Virus record (IMG/VR): IMGVR_UViG_3300031787_000010
Span: 73,429-137,428 of that record
Source: a virus
Taxonomy: Duplodnaviria; Heunggongvirae; Uroviricota; Caudoviricetes
Direction: 5' to 3' (one strand)
Length of the DNA: 64,000 nucleotides
A program made the position numbers and the translations under genes. The notes under the pieces are model-generated. The model did no database searches and was not told where the DNA came from. It saw only the letters and a list, made by a program, of their open reading frames with translations. Positions 9,597-19,269 of this stretch are shown one piece after another. Numbering within the stretch: position 1 is the stretch's first letter; every line of letters begins with the position of its first letter.

Positions 9597-10450
9597 AAAT
9601 TATTGATATACTCCCGTAACCTATCGTTTGGTACCCAACCTAGTCTATCTACTGCATCATTATTCTCTCGACGCGTTTCCTTATAGTTTCCTTGTTGGTC
9701 TGGAAGTCTTATGAATCCGACTTTGAATTTATCGCGGAACATATGATACACTTCATTTAGTGAATAGTTATTTCCCGTTCCAAGTTCCCACGCATCGTGG
9801 TGACGTTCATTTGATTGTCCGATTCGAATCAATCCATCTACTATATCGTCAATATGTGTGAAATCTCTACGTTGTTCCCCGTCTCCGACAATAGTAATTA
9901 ATTCACCTCGTTCTACTTGTCCTCTCCATTTACCAATAACTGCCGCCCAATCACCTTCTGTAATCTCACGCGGTCCATACACATTGTAGAATCTGGTTAT
10001 TTCTATTTCCATATTATAGATTGTACGATACGTCTTACACAACTCCTCACCCATATGTTTAGATAAAGCATATGGAGATATAAACGGGTTGTGCCATCTG
10101 GACGAAGAGCCGGCATATATCACCTTTATATTTCTAGAACGTGCCCATTCTAATACGGAAAGAGTACCATTTGTATTTACTTCGACAGTTTCAGTTGGAT
10201 TTTCAAACGATGGTTGTATTCTAGATAATGCCGCTAGATGATACACTACGTCTATATCATATGGTTGTAACGCCGTAAATAAATCATCCCGTACATCAAA
10301 CTGTAGGTATGTCGCACCGTCGTGTTCATTTTCAACCGTACCAACTTCGTAATTGTCTACTGATATTACTTGACATCCTTCGTTCAATAATCTACGAATT
10401 AAGTTAGTACCGACAAAACCAACACCGCCCGTAACCAATACACTTTTCAT
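9593..10450 (-). CDS. NAD-dependent epimerase/dehydratase family protein (possible 4-ketoreductase)
   Basis: VTGGVGFVGTNLIRRL Rossmann motif and YALSK (YxxxK). Confidence 0.7.
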   Translation of the reverse strand: MKSVLVTGGVGFVGTNLIRRLLNEGCQVISVDNYEVGTVENEHDGATYLQFDVRDDLFTALQPYDIDVVYHLAALSRIQPSFENPTETVEVNTNGTLSVLEWARSRNIKVIYAGSSSRWHNPFISPYALSKHMGEELCKTYRTIYNMEIEITRFYNVYGPREITEGDWAAVIGKWRGQVERGELITIVGDGEQRRDFTHIDDIVDGLIRIGQSNERHHDAWELGTGNNYSLNEVYHMFRDKFKVGFIRLPDQQGNYKETRRENNDAVDRLGWVPNDRLREYINNL

Positions 10451-10459
10451 AACTACTCC

Positions 10460-10711
10460 TCAATAACCATCACCATAGATAGAGAACTGCTTCGGCGGAA
10501 TAACTGGATCCGCTTCTTCCACTACTTTAAATATCGTACCTTGAGCGGCATCGATATAATACTGACGATTGCCCGTCTTTTGAAAATAATGTTCTAATGA
10601 TTCTGTGAGACTTGGAAACACCCGCGTTCCAATCGGTTGTTCACGATCATCTAACTCCATCCATCTATCACCAGGCGGGACTCGTTTAAATATTGGTTTT
10701 TTTACTTCCAT
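10460..10711 (-). CDS. hypothetical protein (83 aa)
   Basis: ORF in operon context. Confidence 0.4.
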   Translation of the reverse strand: MEVKKPIFKRVPPGDRWMELDDREQPIGTRVFPSLTESLEHYFQKTGNRQYYIDAAQGTIFKVVEEADPVIPPKQFSIYGDGY

Positions 10712-10714
10712 AAC

Positions 10715-12649
10715 TTATCCTAGAATATCTCTGTTAGCTTGTTGTAGTAATTTAGCGAAGTCATCGTGTACTGCCATAATTAATTTCCACGTTGAACCAT
10801 ATGCAATACCGTCCGGTCTGGATACAATTTCTGCTATAGGTATTGCCGATCCTCCTGTCTTTGCTTGATACACAATAGACGGAGGAGGTGGTTCATCACG
10901 AATAGTTAATTTCTGTTCAATCTCGTCGAAATTATCTGTACCGAATACTTTCTTCAGAATAGTTCTGTCTGCGATAGTATCACCTAGTGCCATACTTTCT
11001 TCACCCTCGAATAAAGCACGCAGAGGAAATGCATCACGAATAGACTTTAAAAGTCCAGTACGCGCTTGTTTATCTGTCAATAAGAAGTCACGAACTGCTC
11101 TAGAATGTTTATGTGAGTTAGCCACTAGCTTGTCAGCATATCTACCACTTTCTGTATTCTTACCGATACCACGCATGATTGACAACATAGTTTTGTTCTG
11201 GTCGGCAGTGTTTCCACCAACGACACTTGTAAGCGCCGCTTTAAATTCATCACCATTCTTAAATGATTGTTTGGACAACTTATTCAGACGGTCTGCTATT
11301 TGTTTAGCATATGCTTCTTTTTGATTTAGACTTTTCGCAATCTCTGCTGCGATTGTGGCTTTTTCTTTTACACTAGCCTTTGCCCACCTACCCATAAAGG
11401 ATTTAACTTCCTTCATAGCACCTTGGTCATTTAGAAAATCATCGTACAACTTTTGTTGTCTTTGAATTGCCTTTTCAACCTTTACATCATCTGGAACATC
11501 TGCGTTATACTTTTTAACCATCTCATCACGTTGCTTAACCAAAACAGCACGTTCACGTTTGTTTTGTGCAGTTGGTTCTCTGCCAAGAGCATCTATACGA
11601 GCGTTCAAATCTTCGTAAACTTCAATATCTTCTTGACTCGCTCTACCATATACCATAATGTCGGCAACGCGACCCGAAGTTGCATTAAGAAGATTTGCTC
11701 TCAATTCCTTTTTCAAAGAAATTTCGTCAAGAACTGTCTTTCCCCCAACTTTTACTTTTGCGTATACGTCTGTAGAGAATCCCTTATTATTTTTATAGTC
11801 TGCTAAACCGAGTCCTTCGACCTCATCCTTAATGTCCCAGGCCATATTATCTAATTCCCAATTGCCCTTCCCATATTTTTGATCATATCTCTTGAACATT
11901 GCAGTTCTTACTCGTTGAGCCGACTTGACCCAGGCCGAATCGATGATACTTTCCTTTCCTTTTTCCATTGCCTTAACGTGAGATGAAACCAACTGAAAAA
12001 ATTCCGTAGCTTTCTTTTCATCTTTAATAGTCAATGCCATCATAGTCAACAATTCACCCGTAGTCGATGATAATGTACCTGCTCCAGAAGCATCAGTAAA
12101 ATCCGTGATGGTAAGCGCACCAGGCTTCGTACTTAATAGTCTGGATAGTACTTTGACATACTTACGAGGGAACCGCGTTTTTCCGTTTTTATCTAAAAAG
12201 AATGCTTCTATTTCTTGCGGTTTAATTGATTTACTTGTAGGTTTTACTTTTGGATTCTTTCTGAAATCCGCATCACTTACGCCGTCTTTAGCAAATCTAC
12301 TATCGGTATTGAACTGTTCTGTAGTTTTTACTTTCTGATCCAAATCCTTTTTCTTTGGAGTACCACGACGCTTTTTTGGTTCAGCGGATGTTGATGTTTT
12401 CGATGGTTGTTCTGCTGGTTTAACTTTGGCAGCCTTTGCTGTGGTTTTTTTCGGTGCCTTTGCTTGTCGTGACTTAAGTAATGCCTGATATTGATTCCAC
12501 GCTGGATGTTTTTCACCCTTGGTTCGAATGGTTTTTACGGTTGCCTCACCTTCCTTCCCCTTGGCATCCTTATATTTAATAATTTGTTTATCGAGTTCTT
12601 CATCTTCATTTAGGATTGATGCAAAAAACTCCACAAGTAATTCTTTCAT
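10715..12649 (-). CDS. large lysine-rich protein with a histone-H1-like low-complexity segment
   Basis: 644 aa. AKAPKKTTAKAAKVKPAEQPSKTSTSAEPKKRRGTPKKK segment. No enzymatic motif recognised. Confidence 0.5.
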   Translation of the reverse strand: MKELLVEFFASILNEDEELDKQIIKYKDAKGKEGEATVKTIRTKGEKHPAWNQYQALLKSRQAKAPKKTTAKAAKVKPAEQPSKTSTSAEPKKRRGTPKKKDLDQKVKTTEQFNTDSRFAKDGVSDADFRKNPKVKPTSKSIKPQEIEAFFLDKNGKTRFPRKYVKVLSRLLSTKPGALTITDFTDASGAGTLSSTTGELLTMMALTIKDEKKATEFFQLVSSHVKAMEKGKESIIDSAWVKSAQRVRTAMFKRYDQKYGKGNWELDNMAWDIKDEVEGLGLADYKNNKGFSTDVYAKVKVGGKTVLDEISLKKELRANLLNATSGRVADIMVYGRASQEDIEVYEDLNARIDALGREPTAQNKRERAVLVKQRDEMVKKYNADVPDDVKVEKAIQRQQKLYDDFLNDQGAMKEVKSFMGRWAKASVKEKATIAAEIAKSLNQKEAYAKQIADRLNKLSKQSFKNGDEFKAALTSVVGGNTADQNKTMLSIMRGIGKNTESGRYADKLVANSHKHSRAVRDFLLTDKQARTGLLKSIRDAFPLRALFEGEESMALGDTIADRTILKKVFGTDNFDEIEQKLTIRDEPPPPSIVYQAKTGGSAIPIAEIVSRPDGIAYGSTWKLIMAVHDDFAKLLQQANRDILG

Positions 12650-12693
12650 ATGTTATCTCTAGCTATTGGACTTATATAAATATTACCACAAAC

Positions 12694-13074
12694 TCACTTT
12701 GCCCACTTTCTACGAGTAACTAACTGGCAAATAATACCGTAAACCGACAAGTCTTGGAACGTATCATCTACGCTTTCACCAACAGCATCCGGCTTACCCA
12801 ACACAACCATTTGCTTTAATCGTTGAATCTTATCATTCATACGGAACCAGAGTCCAGTTAAAGACAATTTAATATCATCTTCAGTCTGTAACGAAGTACC
12901 TACTGAAATGTTGGATGGTCCGTAGTTTAATTGCTTGGAACAAAATGTGTCGTACTGTTCCATACAAATCTTTAAGAACTCCGCAGTCATTCCCGGATAT
13001 TCGTTCTCAATCTGCTCTATTGCTGCGTTGTTTCGTGCTTCAAATTCTACTGTAATAACCTTTTTCATATACAC
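12694..13074 (-). CDS. hypothetical protein (126 aa)
   Basis: ORF in operon context. Confidence 0.4.
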   Translation of the reverse strand: MYMKKVITVEFEARNNAAIEQIENEYPGMTAEFLKICMEQYDTFCSKQLNYGPSNISVGTSLQTEDDIKLSLTGLWFRMNDKIQRLKQMVVLGKPDAVGESVDDTFQDLSVYGIICQLVTRRKWAK

Positions 13075-13080
13075 CTCTTA

Positions 13081-13938
13081 TTATGTTGATATTGGCCGAA
13101 CGCCACAAATCATTCCGTATTCATCAAACATCGGCAATCCGCCCCATTTCTTGATGAATAGTCCAGCGTTTCTATTTTCAAATGCTAATAATCTATTAGA
13201 ACGAGTCATTACATCATTTGGAAAATTACTATTAAAACTTCTACTAGCAAAATGATACACCATAGACGAACCCGTGAGTACAAATTTAAACCCTTTATGT
13301 CGCATTGTCAAGAACAAATCGTGGTCCTCAAACGCAGCAGGATTATACTGTGGATCGTTTCCACCTGATTCATCCCAATCTGACTTGCGGATCATAAATG
13401 AACACCCCCATGCCAAAGGAATTTCATACTCTTCGTTTTCTTTGGTAAACTCGGTTGCCCATTCATCAAATACGTCCTGTCGGAAATCGTGGTGAAACGC
13501 ACCAAATTCATTATTAGGAGTTATGATAACTCCAGGTCGAGATGATGTACCAACAAAGACGTTTGGTTCTACACGATGTGATGTTACAACCAATTTTTCA
13601 TTTGGATACTTATCAAATAGTTTCAAGAGTGCTAAATCTTGATCAGGAGCAACGTACATATCGGCGTGTAAGAAATGTATAAATTCAGTTTCTACAACCT
13701 TTGCCATTTCATTCATACCATAACCGATACCACAGGTGTCATCTGGACAATCGATAATGATAGGCTGGATGTTCAGTCTTTCCTTATTCTCTTCTAGCCA
13801 TTCGTTTGTACCATCCGTACAATTTTCTGCTGCTACAATAATCTTCGTATCTTTGAAGTGATGATTCTTCTTGATAGATTCAATCGCCAACTTTAGATAT
13901 GGTAGATTGTTATTTGATCCTATGCATGTTGTAATCAT
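13081..13938 (-). CDS. glycosyltransferase family 2-like
   Basis: GT-A-like N-terminus (KIIVAAENCTDGT) with DxD-like acidic motifs. Confidence 0.55.
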   Translation of the reverse strand: MITTCIGSNNNLPYLKLAIESIKKNHHFKDTKIIVAAENCTDGTNEWLEENKERLNIQPIIIDCPDDTCGIGYGMNEMAKVVETEFIHFLHADMYVAPDQDLALLKLFDKYPNEKLVVTSHRVEPNVFVGTSSRPGVIITPNNEFGAFHHDFRQDVFDEWATEFTKENEEYEIPLAWGCSFMIRKSDWDESGGNDPQYNPAAFEDHDLFLTMRHKGFKFVLTGSSMVYHFASRSFNSNFPNDVMTRSNRLLAFENRNAGLFIKKWGGLPMFDEYGMICGVRPIST

Positions 13939-13941
13939 AAA

Positions 13942-14805
13942 CTAATTCCTTTGTAAATCCATTACAAACTTGGTGAATATTTCTAACGACTCTTGTGCGT
14001 ATTTCTTGTACACATCATCATGTCGAGTTGACGATGTGTTTGTTCTTTTATTAGGATGACCGTAGTTGTGTCCTTTTATTCTTGTACTCACAAGATATTG
14101 TGGCCATCCTTTTGATTCAAAGAATCTCTCGGCACTAGTATCATCATATATGAAATGTAAATTTTCTGGTATGAACTTTTCGTTTATACCGCCCGACAAT
14201 GCGAGTAACGAACCATCAAACTTACAAACTGGAAGCTGTATGATTTCTATATCATATTGATTGTTGAACGTATTAAGTTGCTCTAGATTGATGATATCAG
14301 AAGAATTGAGAGGATACGGGGCAGTGTATATCTGTTCCCGTGTTCTCTGATATTTCACAATGTCTTTGTGCTCCACAACATCCCACGTGCTATCCCACAT
14401 CTTCCTAGAAGATAGTGTAAGAGCGTGAGGATTCTTGAAGTCAACTTCCGATAGTATGTAAAAATAATCTTCAGGCATCAAACAGTCTGATTCACCCCAC
14501 ACAGTATACTTTGCGTTAGGGTCATATACATCTCTACGCCAATCAGTTGCATTATAGAACCCATCATCGTTTGTTTTATATATCAGTTCCGCATCTTTTA
14601 ATAGATTGTGATGTAGAAACATATTAAACATTTCTTCTGGTTCGCCCATTTCGGGAGATTCTATAAACGTTTGTGCGTTTAAACAAAACTGAAGCTTAAC
14701 CGGCAACTTGCTATGTTTTAGTGCACGTTCTACAGAAGTAAGCGTTTCATATATCATACGAGACTCATACCACATAATATGCATTTGAAACAATATGTGT
14801 GACAT
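13942..14805 (-). CDS. hypothetical protein in the glycan cluster
   Basis: 287 aa, no clear motif. Confidence 0.4.
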   Translation of the reverse strand: MSHILFQMHIMWYESRMIYETLTSVERALKHSKLPVKLQFCLNAQTFIESPEMGEPEEMFNMFLHHNLLKDAELIYKTNDDGFYNATDWRRDVYDPNAKYTVWGESDCLMPEDYFYILSEVDFKNPHALTLSSRKMWDSTWDVVEHKDIVKYQRTREQIYTAPYPLNSSDIINLEQLNTFNNQYDIEIIQLPVCKFDGSLLALSGGINEKFIPENLHFIYDDTSAERFFESKGWPQYLVSTRIKGHNYGHPNKRTNTSSTRHDDVYKKYAQESLEIFTKFVMDLQRN

Positions 14806-14806
14806 A

Positions 14807-15490
14807 CTATACCTCGTTACTCCAATCTACCAGAGGTGCTGCCCAATAAGGTTCACAGTGCGTATTTCTCGAAGGTATCGGTGTTGCTAATGCTCTTCCT
14901 CTTTTCAACAAATCCGTAAATGTTGCGAAATCATTTGACAATCCGTGTTGCGAGTGTCCTATGAAAACATCTGCGTCTTGTCTAATTGTACCAACTAATG
15001 TAGCAAATGTATATGTTGTACTGTTGGTAAGTTTCCAGTGCGAACTTTTAGTTAAGAATACTTTTGTTATTTCCGAACCATCTTTTTCTATGAGAGGATT
15101 TGCTCCTTGTTCTGGTAACAAATACTTGTCAATGTGGTCATATAAAGATACATAATGCGCTCGAGTCAATCCTTCTAACAAAATCTTTCTAGAATCTTCT
15201 CTGTGAATGTAATCATCTTCTACAAAGTATACTACCTCGTCATCCGATAGAGTCAGTACTTCATTTAGAATAGCTTTAAATCCAGCAGCGTTTCCTAGTG
15301 CGGTTCTCCTTAACTCACAACCAAACGATTTAAGCCAGTCAAAAAATTCATCAGAGACATTATCAGCCCAGATAATAGTTTCCTCTTTTGGAAAATGCCG
15401 TAGAAAATTGTTCAAGCAGTTTTCTTTTGTTGCAAAAGGAAATCTTTGTTTATTGTTTGAATGTTCGGAAATTCTGTAGAAGTTTCTCAT
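14807..15490 (-). CDS. hypothetical protein in the glycan cluster
   Basis: 227 aa, no clear motif. Confidence 0.4.
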   Translation of the reverse strand: MRNFYRISEHSNNKQRFPFATKENCLNNFLRHFPKEETIIWADNVSDEFFDWLKSFGCELRRTALGNAAGFKAILNEVLTLSDDEVVYFVEDDYIHREDSRKILLEGLTRAHYVSLYDHIDKYLLPEQGANPLIEKDGSEITKVFLTKSSHWKLTNSTTYTFATLVGTIRQDADVFIGHSQHGLSNDFATFTDLLKRGRALATPIPSRNTHCEPYWAAPLVDWSNEV

Positions 15491-16242
15491 ATACTACCCG
15501 TGTATTGATAGGTCATTCCAAAATGTCGCATCCGTTCCAGATCATTCATTCTATTAATTTTACCAAAGAAACCATACATTCCAGACTCCGCGTTTCTTGC
15601 ATAATCGGACATAGTAAGATTTGCTTTATTATCTTTCACGGTTTGTGCTGAAAAATGTATTAGGCTTAACGTATCCGTCACACCAGTTTTCCATCCTTTA
15701 TCTTCACACACAACGCCTGTGTATATATCCAAACCCCATCCGTATACTAAATCCATATCATATTGTCCAATAGTATCCAGTACATCACGGCGTATTAATG
15801 GACACATGAAGTCTACCCATTTCACCGTTCTGGTTTTAGAAGCACCCCAATTGTGCATTTGCTTCCAGAAACATTGTCCTTCTTCTGGTTGTGTGACGGA
15901 AGATGCTACTACTGCATAATCTTCATCAAACATTATACTACGCAACTTTGAGATATAATTGTATCCGTGTAAGATAATATCATTACTCATAAACAACATA
16001 GAATCATACTGCTCGTTTTGTTGCATTAACTGCATGGCTAGATTAAATCCACCACCAAAATAACAATTTGTTTCCGACTGATACATGGTGTATTGCGATA
16101 CTTCGGATGTATCGGTACTACCATTATCTAGAACTACCACATCATATTGATCTTTAGCATATGGTGCAACCATTCTATAAACACGATCGGTATATTCACG
16201 TCTATTGTGATTTAAAATAACCGCTAATGTTTTACCCATCAA
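15487..16242 (-). CDS. glycosyltransferase family 2
   Basis: YDVVVLDNGSTD GT2 signature. Confidence 0.6.
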   Translation of the reverse strand: MMGKTLAVILNHNRREYTDRVYRMVAPYAKDQYDVVVLDNGSTDTSEVSQYTMYQSETNCYFGGGFNLAMQLMQQNEQYDSMLFMSNDIILHGYNYISKLRSIMFDEDYAVVASSVTQPEEGQCFWKQMHNWGASKTRTVKWVDFMCPLIRRDVLDTIGQYDMDLVYGWGLDIYTGVVCEDKGWKTGVTDTLSLIHFSAQTVKDNKANLTMSDYARNAESGMYGFFGKINRMNDLERMRHFGMTYQYTGSI

Positions 16243-16555
16243 TCACCTCATGCCATTTACCAACAGGACAATACGTTTTCTTGAACATAGATTTCGTATT
16301 CATAAAGCACCCACACTGCGAACAACGTTCGGACCTATTATCAAAAAACTCACAACTATGACATTCTTTGAGTCGGTCATTACGAATATCTTCAGTTACA
16401 AATGCACCTTCTCCAGCCATAACGCCACCGACTATATCTTTAGCACTACTTAAAAATCCTTTTAATTGATTATAAGCTGATGGCATGTTCTTGGGTGGTT
16501 CGACTTCATCATTACACTCCGGTTCTGCACATACGCCAAACGGGTCTTTAGTCAT
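16232..16555 (-). CDS. small Cys-rich (zinc-binding) protein
   Basis: CHSCEFF...CSQCGCF...CPVGKW cysteine pattern. Confidence 0.35.
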   Translation of the reverse strand: MTKDPFGVCAEPECNDEVEPPKNMPSAYNQLKGFLSSAKDIVGGVMAGEGAFVTEDIRNDRLKECHSCEFFDNRSERCSQCGCFMNTKSMFKKTYCPVGKWHEVIDG

Positions 16556-16558
16556 ACA

Positions 16559-16981
16559 TTATTCCTCATACATTTTGTACTTTTTAATTTCTTCCTTCTT
16601 CTCTTCCTTCTTTACTTTCGGTGTTGGTTTTGGTTTTACCGGCGGTAGTGTGAGATACACCTTACGAATGTTGGAAATTTTATCTATAGTATATGTACGA
16701 TACGGTCGATCCTTGACGTATCTACTTTCTTTATACTCTGCTAAAATCTTCTTCTCATCATTATTGTCGCCAATCAATCGCAACAATTGTTGAAGAGTTT
16801 GTGTAGCAATGTTCCGTAATCTTAACGCATGTAACTTTCCATTCCATTCAGGATTTAAAACAATTGCGTGTTTCTGTTTACCATCGTAAATAAATTCTAC
16901 AACAGAACCGACTTCCACTTCTGAAATCGATGCTACAGGTTCTACTATATACGTTTCTGGATTGGAATCTATATATCTCAT
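16559..16981 (-). CDS. hypothetical protein with a lysine/glutamate-rich C-terminal tail
   Basis: 140 aa ORF. Confidence 0.4.
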   Translation of the reverse strand: MRYIDSNPETYIVEPVASISEVEVGSVVEFIYDGKQKHAIVLNPEWNGKLHALRLRNIATQTLQQLLRLIGDNNDEKKILAEYKESRYVKDRPYRTYTIDKISNIRKVYLTLPPVKPKPTPKVKKEEKKEEIKKYKMYEE

Positions 16982-18303
16982 GCATCACTCTTCAAAGACG
17001 GTAATTCAACTTTCTTTAATTTAGGTAACACTACAGCCACTTGTTTCGGGAATTCCGGTACATACTTATCCAACAATTCAAACGTTTTCTTTTGTATATT
17101 CTCATACGAAAATTGCTTTCTATTTTTAACAGCCAAATCGTATGCTCTATCTTTAAATTGTTTGTAATCCATAAATACCGCTGCTATTCCGTTAGCAGTT
17201 TGATTCGGGTCTGGTGCAAACCAACTTGCTTCCTTCATAATTACGTTTTCCCATGCCGCAGTTGGATGAACATTCTTCAACTCACCACCAATTAACAAAG
17301 CGGTTTCCTTATCAAGAAAATCCAAATGTCCGCTCCAACCAGAAGCAATAACAGGCTTCCCACTCACAGATGCTTCTAGTAAAGGTCTACCAAAACCTTC
17401 ACCCTTTGTCAAACTGATATGTGCCTTTACCTTCGGGTGATTGTATATAGTATTCATTTCTTTTTCTGTTAACTCTCCGTGGAGCAGATAGATGTTTGGT
17501 AATGACTGTCCATGCTCCAACGTAACCGTAGAACGTATCTGTTCTATACGATTCAATATTTCTTCTCGGTCTAGAATAGAGAATCCCGCATTACTTGTCT
17601 TAAGAATAAGTGCTGGTGGATTTTTTGTCTGTATCTGTTTAAACGTTTCTAAAAACATTTTAACAAGGAACCCAACATTCTTTCGATCCTCCCCAAGAGC
17701 ACCTTGTAACCAATGTCCCACAAATAGATAACAGAATGATTCTGGGATAGCGTCTAGTGCTTTTACCATAGATGGTTCAGTCGGAGCGTTCTTTCCAAAT
17801 ATTGTCGTATCAATACAATTATGCAGAACTTCGATAGGTTTAGTCAGCTCTAACAATCCTTCCGTTCCGTCTGGATTCTTAAATCCATACTTACTGTTTT
17901 CAAATATACGCTTCGAGTGTTCAGAGATTGTAAACACCACATCCATCTCATTACATCCCTTTACCCACGGTGGAGAGACTGCGGTTGTTTCTATACCTGC
18001 AGTGATACCGATATTATACTTTCCAATACGTTGAAATTCGTTCGGTACGGAAACTACAACGAATAATTCTGGTTGCTTGTTTACTGTACTAGTTAGAATT
18101 CTATCCAAAATCATTTTATCTTTTGGATTGTTTTCATCCAACGCGTTCATTGGAGTATCACCCCACGGTACACTATGAACGCGTACATCGTACTTATCAT
18201 ATTCTATTAAGTGACGAATGATATCACGGCTCATATCACCGTATCCTGAACGTGTGGCACATGGTGCTCGAACAATACACAACGGTTTAATTTCTTGTGA
18301 CAT
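16978..18303 (-). CDS. glycosyltransferase family 4 (GT-B)
   Basis: GEGFGRPLLEASVSGKPVIAS E-x7-E motif. Confidence 0.7.
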   Translation of the reverse strand: MSQEIKPLCIVRAPCATRSGYGDMSRDIIRHLIEYDKYDVRVHSVPWGDTPMNALDENNPKDKMILDRILTSTVNKQPELFVVVSVPNEFQRIGKYNIGITAGIETTAVSPPWVKGCNEMDVVFTISEHSKRIFENSKYGFKNPDGTEGLLELTKPIEVLHNCIDTTIFGKNAPTEPSMVKALDAIPESFCYLFVGHWLQGALGEDRKNVGFLVKMFLETFKQIQTKNPPALILKTSNAGFSILDREEILNRIEQIRSTVTLEHGQSLPNIYLLHGELTEKEMNTIYNHPKVKAHISLTKGEGFGRPLLEASVSGKPVIASGWSGHLDFLDKETALLIGGELKNVHPTAAWENVIMKEASWFAPDPNQTANGIAAVFMDYKQFKDRAYDLAVKNRKQFSYENIQKKTFELLDKYVPEFPKQVAVVLPKLKKVELPSLKSDA

Positions 18304-18306
18304 ATT

Positions 18307-19269
18307 TTACTCCGTTAACATTGAATTGACAAGGGAATTTAAATCATGCTTTGGCTCCCATCCTAAAACTTGACGGGCTTTGTTTGAATCACCTTTTAAG
18401 TGATGAACATCTTCCGGCCGCATGAACTTTTGATCAACTTCTACCCACTCACGCCAATCTCTATCACCAAACGCAGCAGTTAAAAAGTCTTTAATGCTAT
18501 AAGTCATACCCGTTGCGAGTACATAATCATCTGGTGTATTATGCTGTAACATCAACCACATGCCATGCACATAATCTTCGGCGTGTCCCCAATCACGACG
18601 AGCATCCAAATTACCCAACTTTAATTTCTTCTTGGTGTAATGGTTCCAATTCAATTCTTTCATTGCCTTTACGAAATTAGTAATCTTTTTGGTAACGAAT
18701 AGATCTCCACGCATTGGTGATTCGTGATTAAACAGGATACCAGCACATGCAAACATTCCATATTGTACTCTATACACGTTTACCATTTGGTGAGCATATA
18801 ACTTTGCTACACCATACGGACTTACTGGACGCATCGTAGTAGTTTCACGTTGAAACCCGTCGAGGTCAACGCTGTTACCGTACATTTCAGACGTTGATGC
18901 TTGATAGAATCGTGCGTATGGAGTAATACGACGAACTGCATCTAACAACTGTGCAACTCCGATAGCATTTGCTTGCGCAGTGTATACTGGAGAGTCGAAA
19001 CTTACTTTAACGTGAGATTGTGCCGCCAGATTATAAATTTCCGTTGGCTTTACTCTATGAACTATTGCTTCCATAGAAGATGCATCAGTCAAATCACCGT
19101 AATCAAAACTTACCATCGATTCGAATTCTTTGACTGTACCCAATTCATTCTCTACTCGGTTGTGTCTACGAATGACACCGAACACTTCATAGTCTTTTTC
19201 TAAAAGTAACTTGGTAAGATAGTGACCATCTTGGCCAGTAATACCAGTAATCAATGCTCTACGCTTCAT
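18307..19269 (-). CDS. gmd: GDP-mannose 4,6-dehydratase
   Basis: MKRRALITGITGQDGHYLTKLLLEKDYEVFGVIRR closely matches the Gmd N-terminus. Start set at the Met at 19269, which gives a TAATG overlap with the upstream GT4 gene. Confidence 0.85.
   Translation of the reverse strand: MKRRALITGITGQDGHYLTKLLLEKDYEVFGVIRRHNRVENELGTVKEFESMVSFDYGDLTDASSMEAIVHRVKPTEIYNLAAQSHVKVSFDSPVYTAQANAIGVAQLLDAVRRITPYARFYQASTSEMYGNSVDLDGFQRETTTMRPVSPYGVAKLYAHQMVNVYRVQYGMFACAGILFNHESPMRGDLFVTKKITNFVKAMKELNWNHYTKKKLKLGNLDARRDWGHAEDYVHGMWLMLQHNTPDDYVLATGMTYSIKDFLTAAFGDRDWREWVEVDQKFMRPEDVHHLKGDSNKARQVLGWEPKHDLNSLVNSMLTE

Noticed and set aside
12675-12682. T4-type late promoters (TATAAATA) driving the minus-strand genes
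   Set aside because: All exact copies are on the plus strand, antisense to the flanking genes. Only one minus-strand copy exists (28613..28606). I cannot assign them as conventional late promoters, so they are reported as an unexplained motif instead.
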